This document shows positions 25,803 to 32,779 of a stretch of 36,726 nucleotides of DNA, in pieces. The notes beneath the pieces were generated by a model, which searched no databases, was not told the DNA's origin, and saw only the letters and a list, made by a program, of their open reading frames with translations. This DNA is from a virus. The translations under genes and the position numbers were made by a program. The stretch lies in the IMG/VR virus record IMGVR_UViG_3300045988_058662, one strand, 5' to 3'. Every line of letters starts with the position of its first letter. The stretch's first letter is position 1.

Positions 25803-26142
25803 TTGTTTCCTCCAGCTCGCTTACACCATCGAAAATGCCCAAAATCTGTTGGAGCAATTCAATCTGCCCGTTTCTGTGACCATAGCGATACCCGGTTGTA
25901 TATGTTTCAGCAGTGTCTCCGCTATTCTTGGCTTTTTCAGCAACAAGTGCTTGATACTTGGCTCTCAAATCTTCAAGTTTCACAGCCGGAGCAACATCGG
26001 CGGCAGGGATATCCTTCAAGTCGATTTCCTTGATGTACCTGTGCAATACAACTCCGCTCAATTCAGGGTCGTGGTGCTTTACTTCAATAACCTTTTCCAG
26101 CGCCGCTTCTCGTTCTATGTACTCTTTATATTCTTTACTCAT
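25795..26142 (-). CDS. Hypothetical protein (115 aa)
   Basis: ORF with RBS GAAAGGACGG. The MSKEYKEYIEREAALEKV N-terminus is related to the next gene downstream. Confidence 0.65.
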   Translation of the reverse strand: MSKEYKEYIEREAALEKVIEVKHHDPELSGVVLHRYIKEIDLKDIPAADVAPAVKLEDLRAKYQALVAEKAKNSGDTAETYTTGYRYGHRNGQIELLQQILGIFDGVSELEETNE

Positions 26143-26183
26143 TGTCCGTCCTTTCTGCGTTCAGCCAGTTTTCCAGCGTTCTC

Positions 26184-26306
26184 TTACATTCCGATCCGTT
26201 TGGCGCGATAAACCGCCGCCGGGCAGCAGTCGCAGTCCACTATCTCGGCGAGTTTGTCCGCCAGCCATTCGGCGGATTGCTGTTTTAGGTATTCGTGGTT
26301 AGTCAT
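26184..26306 (-). CDS. Possible 40-aa protein below the ORF-track cutoff
   Basis: ATGACTAA overlap with the MazG-like stop. Sequence is MTNHEYLKQQSAEWLADKLAEIVDCDCCPAAVYRAKRIGM. Confidence 0.35.
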   Translation of the reverse strand: MTNHEYLKQQSAEWLADKLAEIVDCDCCPAAVYRAKRIGM

Positions 26307-26601
26307 GCCGCTCACCTCCTGTTTCTGCCGCCTCAATGCGCTTATTGAGCCGCTCAATCTTCTTGGTAATCCACTCTGCCACCTGCCCGCCTACGTTGAA
26401 TATGCAGCAGAGCTGCCACAGCATTATCTGTACGTCAGCCATTTCCTCTGCAAGATGGTCAGAGTTCGGCTTGCCACGCAAAGCTTTGGTCAGTTCTTTT
26501 TGTAGCTCTGCACATTCCTCGATGGCGACTATGGTCTGGATGGGTTCGCCGTATTTCTCGATGGCTCTGCGCAGAATTTTCATTGTGTTTTTACTGTTCA
26601 C
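26299..26601 (-). CDS. MazG-like nucleotide pyrophosphohydrolase (second of two)
   Basis: AIEECAELQKELTKALRGK...LAEEMADVQIMLWQL. Confidence 0.75.
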   Translation of the reverse strand: MNSKNTMKILRRAIEKYGEPIQTIVAIEECAELQKELTKALRGKPNSDHLAEEMADVQIMLWQLCCIFNVGGQVAEWITKKIERLNKRIEAAETGGERHD

Positions 26602-27032
26602 AGCTCAGTGTCTCCTTTCAAATACTTCTCAATCACCGCGGCGGCACACGGCCAGCCGTAGCAGACCGCGCAATAGTAGCCCTCGGCCATAGCGCCGCTC
26701 ATAAACTCGTTTTGATTTGGGGTCGGACTGTTGGCGCCAGCTTTGAGCTCGACGTATATGCCATGGTAGCCGCCCCGGGCGGCAGGTATAAATACATCGG
26801 GTACGCCAGAATGTACCCCCTGCCCTATCAGCCGGGCAGCGGTGCGCTTATCGCGTAAGCCCCCGTTGGGTATGTGGTGGTAGAGCCGCAGGGCCGGGTA
26901 CTGCGTCCGCATCATCCGCGCCCATTGGGTAAGGACGGTCTGGTGCTCGTCCTCTTTGCCTATTACCGGTTGGGCAGGCCGCCATACGGGTATACCCGCC
27001 CGGTTGGGGGTCATGGTGTAATCTTTCAGCAA
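26598..27032 (-). CDS. VRR-NUC domain nuclease
   Basis: EHQTVLTQWARM...HIPNGG...GVHSGVPDVFI...GIYVELKAG...PNQNEFM...GYYCAVCYG. TTG start with RBS AGGAGG. Confidence 0.8.
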   Translation of the reverse strand: MLKDYTMTPNRAGIPVWRPAQPVIGKEDEHQTVLTQWARMMRTQYPALRLYHHIPNGGLRDKRTAARLIGQGVHSGVPDVFIPAARGGYHGIYVELKAGANSPTPNQNEFMSGAMAEGYYCAVCYGWPCAAAVIEKYLKGDTEL

Positions 27033-27114
27033 TTGTTTTTACCTCCTTTTTGATATCGTCGTAAAATCCGACGCATTTACAAGGCCCCGGTAAAAGCCTT
27101 GCGCTTTGCGCCGC

Positions 27115-27840
27115 TTAACACCGCCGCTTGGGCGGGATTTTGACATACTTGAAATAGGTAAAACCGAACTCTGTCGCGCCGCTCTCGACGAGGATATAAT
27201 CTTTCGGAGAGCGCGGCGGTTTGGCCGGCGTGTAGTTGCGTTTTATTGGTTTTGTCTGCTCCCTGCCGCAGGGGGCAAGGTTGCGGGTGGCCATGTAATG
27301 GTGCCCGCCCTGCTCCGGTGTCCAGTGATTAAACAAGTAATTGGCTAATCCCGTATAGTCCGGGCCGTGGTCTATGCCGTCATAGTGGACGTGCGCCCGG
27401 AGGTGCTCGCAGCGGTTGACGCTGCCCAGCGTCCATTGTTTGCGTATGACCTCCTCCGGTACTCCGTCCGTCAGCATGTGGGCGTGTATGCGGTGGGTAT
27501 TTTTGCCTCGACCCATGTAGATAACGATTTTTGCCTCCGGGTAGGCGTAGAGCAGCCGGCGCCGGAAGTTGACGCAGAGGCGGCGGAAGTCCTTAAAATC
27601 GTGTACCTCGTGCTCGTCGTCCTGGGTCAATGTGCTGTACATCGAGGCCGGGGTAAAGTTTTCGTTGACCAGCCGGGTATGGGCCCGGCGGGCTACCTCA
27701 GAGTTAAACCACGCCCTTTCCTCGTCCGTCTTAAACCTCGGTTTTCGCGGGCGGTAGGGTTTTTGCGTCCTGTCGCCCACGGAGTATATGATCCGCTCCA
27801 GCACCACGCCGGAATATATATCACGCCGTACCCGCTGCAT
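27115..27840 (-). CDS. HUH-type rolling-circle replication initiator-like protein
   Basis: HUH-like motif HRIHAHMLT, with downstream Tyr candidates (GLANYLFNH, HHYMATRNL). RBS is AAAAGGAGG. Confidence 0.6.
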   Translation of the reverse strand: MQRVRRDIYSGVVLERIIYSVGDRTQKPYRPRKPRFKTDEERAWFNSEVARRAHTRLVNENFTPASMYSTLTQDDEHEVHDFKDFRRLCVNFRRRLLYAYPEAKIVIYMGRGKNTHRIHAHMLTDGVPEEVIRKQWTLGSVNRCEHLRAHVHYDGIDHGPDYTGLANYLFNHWTPEQGGHHYMATRNLAPCGREQTKPIKRNYTPAKPPRSPKDYILVESGATEFGFTYFKYVKIPPKRRC

Positions 27841-28006
27841 GGCGGCCTCCTTTTTTAATAATCAGGTCTTGGCCCTTTGCCGGGGGCGGTGGTTTGCGGT
27901 GCGGGCGTTTACCCGTTGGCCGCACCTGCCGCCACCCTATCAATGGAGGACCGGGTGATTGCCGCACCCGGCAAAAGGTCAAGTCCTGCCCGTGTTACCG
28001 GGCAGG
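27841..28006. other. GC-rich, hairpin-dense intergenic region upstream of the Rep-like gene: candidate replication origin
   Basis: Three perfect stems were read directly. GGTGCGG/CCGCACC at 27898-27926, CCGGGTG/CACCCGG at 27951-27971, and CCTGCCCG/CGGGCAGG at 27985-28006. Confidence 0.3.
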
Positions 28007-28276
28007 CTTTAATGCGTGTATGTCCTCGGTTTTCTTTGTGCGGCGCGGTATAAATATCTGCTCCATTACTTTGTCGCTGTGGTCGTCCATGAGCTTGTCC
28101 GCCTCAAGTATCCTCAGCTCCCGCCCGTCAATGCACAGGCGGCATGAGCCCTTGTACTGGGCATATGTCCGTCTGGCTTTCGCAAAGTCGTTGGTCTCAA
28201 TAATGGTCTGCGTCCCGGCGGGCGTGCGGATCAGGACGGTGTAGGTAGGCAGCGCTTCCTTTTTCTTTTTTGGCAT
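27995..28276 (-). CDS. Hypothetical protein (93 aa)
   Basis: The ORF has a Lys-rich N-terminus and follows the Phg_2220_C-type gene. Confidence 0.6.
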   Translation of the reverse strand: MPKKKKEALPTYTVLIRTPAGTQTIIETNDFAKARRTYAQYKGSCRLCIDGRELRILEADKLMDDHSDKVMEQIFIPRRTKKTEDIHALKPAR

Positions 28277-28278
28277 TT

Positions 28279-28797
28279 TCAGTCCTCCCCCAAATCCCCG
28301 ATTAGGTCAACGCCTATTTTTGCCAGTTCGTCGGCGGAGTATTGATGCTGAATGTGGTTCATAAAATAACTCCCAGCGATTTTTTTGACGTTGGTTTTCG
28401 CCGCCGCGAGGTAGCCCTCAAATTTCTCGCTGTTAAACAGGGTGCAGGGGCGCATATACTCCTGCATGCTCGTCCCCTTCCACATTGCCCAGCGGCTGTC
28501 TATCACCCGGCGGCAGTCCTCCGGCGTATGGTCCTCCGCAATGCGGGCGTTGATATAGCTGCGGTTTTTCGGTGTTTTTTGATATTTCGTCCCGGCAACA
28601 GTGTTGAGGTAGTCTATTACCGCGTCGGCGGCGGTCGTGTCAGTGATCGCATTGCGGGCGGTAACCTCTCCGGTCTCCCGGTCTATCGTTATTATCAGGG
28701 CGGGCCTGCCGTTGACGCTGACAGCGGCCCGGCCTTTTGTGTCCATGTGCTCCCCTATGGCGCGGATTAGGGCGCTGTATATCTCCTTTTCCCCCAT
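28279..28797 (-). CDS. Replication-associated protein with a conserved phage C-terminal domain (Phg_2220_C-like)
   Basis: Trimmed to the ATG at 28797. AVIDYLNTVAGTKYQKTPKNRSYINARIAEDHTPEDCRRVIDSRWAMWKGT.MQEYMRPCTLFNSEKFEGYL. Confidence 0.75.
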   Translation of the reverse strand: MGEKEIYSALIRAIGEHMDTKGRAAVSVNGRPALIITIDRETGEVTARNAITDTTAADAVIDYLNTVAGTKYQKTPKNRSYINARIAEDHTPEDCRRVIDSRWAMWKGTSMQEYMRPCTLFNSEKFEGYLAAAKTNVKKIAGSYFMNHIQHQYSADELAKIGVDLIGDLGED

Positions 28798-28799
28798 AG

Positions 28800-29294
28800 T
28801 TAAATAACTCCCTTCATAAAACACGCCCAGAACGTTTGTGATTTTTTCCCGCTATGGTGCCCAAACAGCGGCTTCTGGCCAATAGCTGCCCACACCTTAT
28901 CCGCCGGAATATCGCGTTCGCTCCATTTAAAAATAAGGGTTCCGTCGGGTTTCAGAACCCTCATGCACTCTGCAAAGCCGTCATGCAGCATTTGTGGCCA
29001 GTTGTCGTCAAGCTTCCCGTATTTTTTAACCAGCCACGATGTTTCTTTTGCCCCTGTGAGGTGTGGCGGGTCAAAAACAACAAGTGCAAAAGCGTTGTCC
29101 GGGAAAGGTAACTGTGTAAAGTCGCATACTATATCGGGCTTGATAATGCACTTGCGTTCGCTCTGCCCCTCCCCACTTCTCCATATGCCCGTCATTTCAA
29201 TCTCTCTTTTATCGCAGTAAACCGCCGCCGGGTGATGCTTATTAAACCATATCGTTCGGGATCCGCACGTTACGTCCAGTATCTTCCTTTCCAC
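28800..29294 (-). CDS. Orphan DNA methyltransferase (N6-adenine or N4-cytosine class)
   Basis: SAM-binding motif ILDVTCGSR and catalytic motif VVFDPPHL. No restriction partner is seen. Confidence 0.85.
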   Translation of the reverse strand: MERKILDVTCGSRTIWFNKHHPAAVYCDKREIEMTGIWRSGEGQSERKCIIKPDIVCDFTQLPFPDNAFALVVFDPPHLTGAKETSWLVKKYGKLDDNWPQMLHDGFAECMRVLKPDGTLIFKWSERDIPADKVWAAIGQKPLFGHHSGKKSQTFWACFMKGVI

Positions 29295-29296
29295 GG

Positions 29297-29749
29297 TTAT
29301 ATCTCCTTTTTCTCCTTTTTGGTCTCGCTGCGCTCTATGGCTATGCCGATAGCGGCGGAGCCGGTGCTCTTTACGGTGGCCTTAACTCCGTCCGTGGTGG
29401 TTATGACCGCTTTATCCACAAATCCGCCGTACACCCGCTCGGCAAGCTGCTGCAATATCTCCCGCGTCTGCTCGTCCACGGCCACACGCTTCTGGTGCGG
29501 GTTGCCTGCAAAAAGCTCCTCGATGACATCCTCTGCCTTTTGTAGGGCCTCAATGCGGTCGCTCTCTCCCCGAAGGGTAGCCTCATGAATGTCACGGACA
29601 CGTCTGGCCTCCTTGCAGTCGCATATGAGGGTAGCTATCCCGTCCTCGTCCGGGTCGTCGATGTTTGGGTGTAGGGCCAAATAGCTCTTGATATTGAGCA
29701 GTTGCCCGCAGTAGCGGCAAACGCCGAATGTCCTTTCAGTTGTTTCCAC
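29297..29749 (-). CDS. Hypothetical Cys-containing protein (150 aa)
   Basis: GTG start with RBS AAAGGAGGA. CRYCG...CDCKE pairs. Confidence 0.6.
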   Translation of the reverse strand: METTERTFGVCRYCGQLLNIKSYLALHPNIDDPDEDGIATLICDCKEARRVRDIHEATLRGESDRIEALQKAEDVIEELFAGNPHQKRVAVDEQTREILQQLAERVYGGFVDKAVITTTDGVKATVKSTGSAAIGIAIERSETKKEKKEI

Positions 29750-29782
29750 TTTTTTGTCCTCCTTTGATATGTTTTTAGCAGT

Positions 29783-30437
29783 CTTTTTACGAGCAATAGC
29801 TTTCCATCTCCGTCAATCTGTAGCTGCCGTCATTATCCGGTATGTCGTCAATCTGTACCGATTGAGGGATTAAAAAAGTGGGGACAACACCAAACGTGAA
29901 AGACGAGTCGAAGTCGTCGGCGGAGCCGTCCATGTAGACGACCCAAGCGTCGCCAGAGGAGTACCGCGAGGAAAGCCACCAGAGAGCAGCCACGCCGTTG
30001 AGGGTCTTTATTCGGCTATTCCTTCCCGTGAATATAGGCCATGCGAAACCTTCGTCCACTCCGTGGTTGTCGCCGCAGCCTACCATGGTCATTGTGGGGG
30101 CAAACACTTTACGAGTTATATCCTCGGCGCCGCTGCCGTTATATAGCAGGATCGTGCTGGGGATAATCAGCTCCTTAAGCTCGTCGGGGTAGCTGTCGTA
30201 TATTTCGGTCATGCGTTTGTCCAGGTCGGAATCGGCGTACTCCGTGCTGTCGCCAAACCAGCACCGGCTGTGTATGTCTTTGCGGATAAGCCCTACGGTG
30301 CCTACGTCAAAATTATTGAGGCAACCGAGGGTGTAGTCAGCCAGCTCGTAGGTTCCATCCTCGCGGCGCTCGGGGATTTTGATGTTGGTTCCGAATGGTA
30401 GTTCTCCTAATTTCATTTTTTATGTCCTCCCTATGAT
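29783..30437 (-). repeat. Direct repeat A (about 655 bp), covering paralog A and its RBS
   Basis: Aligned by eye to 31465..32114. Both ends are near-identical (CTTTTTACGAGCAATAGCTTTCCA...TTCTCCTAATTTCATTTTT). One region is divergent. Confidence 0.85.
29787..30416 (-). CDS. Stand-alone DUF6273-like protein, paralog A (209 aa)
   Basis: ITRKVFAPTMTMVGCG, LWWLSS and GVVPTFLIPQSVQIDD...DGSYRL. No signal peptide. Homologous to domains in both tail genes. Confidence 0.8.
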   Translation of the reverse strand: MKLGELPFGTNIKIPERREDGTYELADYTLGCLNNFDVGTVGLIRKDIHSRCWFGDSTEYADSDLDKRMTEIYDSYPDELKELIIPSTILLYNGSGAEDITRKVFAPTMTMVGCGDNHGVDEGFAWPIFTGRNSRIKTLNGVAALWWLSSRYSSGDAWVVYMDGSADDFDSSFTFGVVPTFLIPQSVQIDDIPDNDGSYRLTEMESYCS

Positions 30438-30443
30438 ATGTTT

Positions 30444-30836
30444 TTAGCTCATTCGCTCCACTTGTCTGGCGTTGAGCTTGCCGCGCTCGATCAGTTTGTA
30501 TATTTCGTGCCTGTCGATGCCCAGCCGCTTCCTCGTCTCCTGCGTTGTCAGCCACTCGCCGTCCACTTCTACGATCCACTTCCTGTATATACGCGGCGGC
30601 TCGCTTTTCCCGTCCGGCAAAAACAGCGGGCAGGCGCGGATGACGTAGGACTGTATAATTGTCGTGTAGTTTTTGCCGTGGTAATAGTCGCTGCCCTTCA
30701 GCGTTGTCTCCCTTGCCTCCCAGCCCTCAACGGGTTCGGGATCGGCGCGGCGAGACCAGCTGCAGCCCATACCCGGCGCGTTGGTCGCCCTCCGGCAACG
30801 CCAGCACAGAGTTTGTCCGGTTATGCACGCTTCCAT
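30444..30836 (-). CDS. Zn-finger plus C-terminal HTH DNA-binding protein (130 aa)
   Basis: Trimmed to the ATG at 30836 (RBS AAAGGAG). CWRCRR...GCSW...CPLF. The C-terminus LTTQETRKRLGIDRHEIYKLIERGKL is HTH-like. Confidence 0.6.
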   Translation of the reverse strand: MEACITGQTLCWRCRRATNAPGMGCSWSRRADPEPVEGWEARETTLKGSDYYHGKNYTTIIQSYVIRACPLFLPDGKSEPPRIYRKWIVEVDGEWLTTQETRKRLGIDRHEIYKLIERGKLNARQVERMS

Positions 30837-30838
30837 AT

Positions 30839-30928
30839 CTATCTCCTTTTGCGGGGTGCGAAGGCGTATCCCGCCATGCACCCGATGAAAAACATCGGTA
30901 TCCCCCAGCTGAAAAATGCTCCCCACAT
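30839..30928 (-). CDS. Possible 29-aa hydrophobic peptide
   Basis: ATG with RBS GGGAGGG 7 nt upstream. Sequence is MWGAFFSWGIPMFFIGCMAGYAFAPRKRR. It ends 2 nt before the next ATG. Confidence 0.3.
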   Translation of the reverse strand: MWGAFFSWGIPMFFIGCMAGYAFAPRKRR

Positions 30929-30929
30929 A

Positions 30930-31151
30930 TCAATCCCTCCCTGTCGCAATGTGTAAGTTAATGTTTTGATTGTTGGCGTCAACGCATATCAACGTTGCGT
31001 CCATGAGTTTGCCTACATTTTGGGCGCACATTTTAGGCAGTATTTCTTCGCGGTTATAGCTGCCCAGCAGTTCCCCGCCTGGGGCATGGTAGAGTTTTAC
31101 CCGCTGGCTCTTGAGCAGCGCCAGCATGGGGAGGATATCCTTTACTTGCAT
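30930..31151 (-). CDS. Hypothetical protein (73 aa)
   Basis: The ORF overlaps the 3' end of the HNH gene by 10 nt. Confidence 0.5.
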   Translation of the reverse strand: MQVKDILPMLALLKSQRVKLYHAPGGELLGSYNREEILPKMCAQNVGKLMDATLICVDANNQNINLHIATGRD

Positions 31152-31462
31152 ATGTAATCACTCCTCCACTTGCGGTATCTCAGCTTTTCCTCGTCCCAGT
31201 CCGGGTATTTGGCCATAAGGTAGGCGCGAAGGGCCTTTTTCAGTTCCGGCCTGCGCTCGGAATTGTCGTAATCCCTGTGGCACTCAGGGCATAGGGTGAC
31301 GATGTTCTCTTCTATTCCCTTCCCGTTATGGGAGCGAGGGATGAAATGCGCGTCAGGGTTGCCCGGTCTGCCGCACAGGACGCAGCAATGATGATCCCTC
31401 TCCCATACCCACCGTTTGACTTTGAGAGGTATGTCGCATGCTTTTGTGCGCTTGCTTTTCAT
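31142..31462 (-). CDS. HNH endonuclease (second in the window)
   Basis: CVLCGRPGNPDAHFIPRSHNGKGIEENIVTLCPECH. Confidence 0.85.
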   Translation of the reverse strand: MKSKRTKACDIPLKVKRWVWERDHHCCVLCGRPGNPDAHFIPRSHNGKGIEENIVTLCPECHRDYDNSERRPELKKALRAYLMAKYPDWDEEKLRYRKWRSDYICK

Positions 31463-31464
31463 GG

Positions 31465-32114
31465 CTTTTTACGAGCAATAGCTTTCCAGCTCTGTCAATC
31501 TGTAACTGCCGTCATTATCCGGTGTGTCGTCAATCTGTACCGATTGAGGGATTACAAAAGCGGGGACAACACCAAGCGTGAGCGACGAGAGGCCGAAGTA
31601 GTAGGCGGAGCCGCCCGTGCCGACGAACCACACGACGTCAGAGGAGAACTGCGAGGAAAGCCACCAGACATTAGCCGAGCCGTTAAAGGTCTTTTCGCGG
31701 CTATTTCTTCCCGTGAATATAGGCCATGTGAATCCCTCGTCCACTCCTTCATTTTCGCCGCAGCCTACCATGGTCAATGTGGGGGCAAACACTTTTCGGG
31801 TTATATCCTCGGCGCCGCTGCCGTTATATAACGGGATCGTGCTGGGAATAATCAGCTCTTTAAGTTCGTCGGGGTAGCTGTTGTATATTTCCGTCATGCG
31901 TTTGTCCAGGTCTGATCCGGCATACTCCGTGCTATCGCCGAACCGGCACAGGCCGTGTATGTCCTTGCGGATAAACGCAGCTACACCCGCGCCGAAAAAG
32001 CCCAGCGTGTAGTCCGCCAGCTCGTAGGTTCCACCCTCGCGGCGCTCGGGAATTTTGATGTTTGCCCCGAATGTCAGTTCTCCTAATTTCATTTTTTTGC
32101 GTCCTCCTTATGAT
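31465..32114 (-). repeat. Direct repeat B (about 650 bp), covering paralog B and its RBS
   Basis: This is the partner of 29783..30437. Confidence 0.85.
31469..32092 (-). CDS. Stand-alone DUF6273-like protein, paralog B (207 aa)
   Basis: ITRKVFAPTLTMVGCG, VWWLSS and GVVPAFVIPQSVQIDD...DGSYRL. Confidence 0.8.
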   Translation of the reverse strand: MKLGELTFGANIKIPERREGGTYELADYTLGFFGAGVAAFIRKDIHGLCRFGDSTEYAGSDLDKRMTEIYNSYPDELKELIIPSTIPLYNGSGAEDITRKVFAPTLTMVGCGENEGVDEGFTWPIFTGRNSREKTFNGSANVWWLSSQFSSDVVWFVGTGGSAYYFGLSSLTLGVVPAFVIPQSVQIDDTPDNDGSYRLTELESYCS

Positions 32115-32401
32115 TTGATACCCCGGGATCTTGGGCCATCGGCAAAGGCCCTCCTTCCCGGACGCACCGGGCCTGAATCCTGTTTATACTCGCCCGGTCG
32201 AGTTGCTAACGTGCTGTTGTGGGTTCGTTAGGTCATTCGCATCACCTCCGGCGAAAGGAGACAGCAGAGGGCGGTGAGCAGAAGCAGCGTTTTGTCGGAC
32301 ATATCAGGTGGTCTGTGTATATCAAAAAGGAGATTATAAACTCTGCCCATCGGACACCGGCCCAAGATGCCGCCCTCTGCTCTCCCCTTTCGTACGGGGA
32401 G
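32093..32401 (-). other. Non-coding, GC-rich, highly self-complementary segment: candidate structured RNA or leader
   Basis: No RBS-supported ORF. Perfect long-range pairings are 32128-32137 with 32359-32368 (10 bp) and 32263-32274 with 32370-32381 (12 bp). Local hairpins lie at 32133-32151, 32157-32171, 32166-32198 and 32383-32400. Confidence 0.3.
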
Positions 32402-32734
32402 CTACTGCACTTTGTATTTGCAATCGTCGTATTTATGGCGGCGGGCAGCCTTTACCCTGGGCTGCTCTGCCGTCTTGTCCTCTACCATGGAGGCCATGCT
32501 CCGCACCAGTATGAGAGGGGCGTGGCCGTCGGCGGCGGTCGCCATGAGGCGCCCATCCCTACACATGGCGCGTATAGTGCCGGGGTCTACGTTGATGATC
32601 TCGGATGCCCGTTTGGTGGTGACATACTCGCCGTGCATCTTCACCATGCGCTCTTCCAGCGCCTCAACACTGTTTATGCGCTCGTCCACGGCGGCGGTTA
32701 TCATGTCCCGCAGCAGCTTGTCAAAGTTATCCAT
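32402..32734 (-). CDS. HTH DNA-binding protein (excisionase/MerR-like)
   Basis: VTTKRASEIINVDPGTIRAMCRDGRL. RBS is GAAAGGAAA. Confidence 0.65.
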   Translation of the reverse strand: MDNFDKLLRDMITAAVDERINSVEALEERMVKMHGEYVTTKRASEIINVDPGTIRAMCRDGRLMATAADGHAPLILVRSMASMVEDKTAEQPRVKAARRHKYDDCKYKVQ

Positions 32735-32750
32735 GGCAGTTTCCTTTCTG

Positions 32751-32759
32751 TGGTATAAT
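32751..32759 (+). promoter_or_regulatory. Extended -10 promoter element TGGTATAAT
   Basis: A perfect TGnTATAAT lies 21 nt upstream of the plus-strand ATG at 32780. Confidence 0.45.
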
Positions 32760-32779
32760 CAAAAGTAAAAAGGGGTTTT

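Noticed and set aside
29787-32092. A diversity-generating retroelement, with the two paralogs acting as template and variable repeats.
   Set aside because: The differences between the copies are of all substitution types plus indels, not adenine-specific. No reverse transcriptase (YxDD) ORF exists anywhere in the window.
32219-32768. Plus-strand ORFs of 179, 133 and 68 aa across 32219..32768.
   Set aside because: They are antisense to the HTH gene, or they lie within the structured non-coding segment. They have no RBS and an implausible composition.
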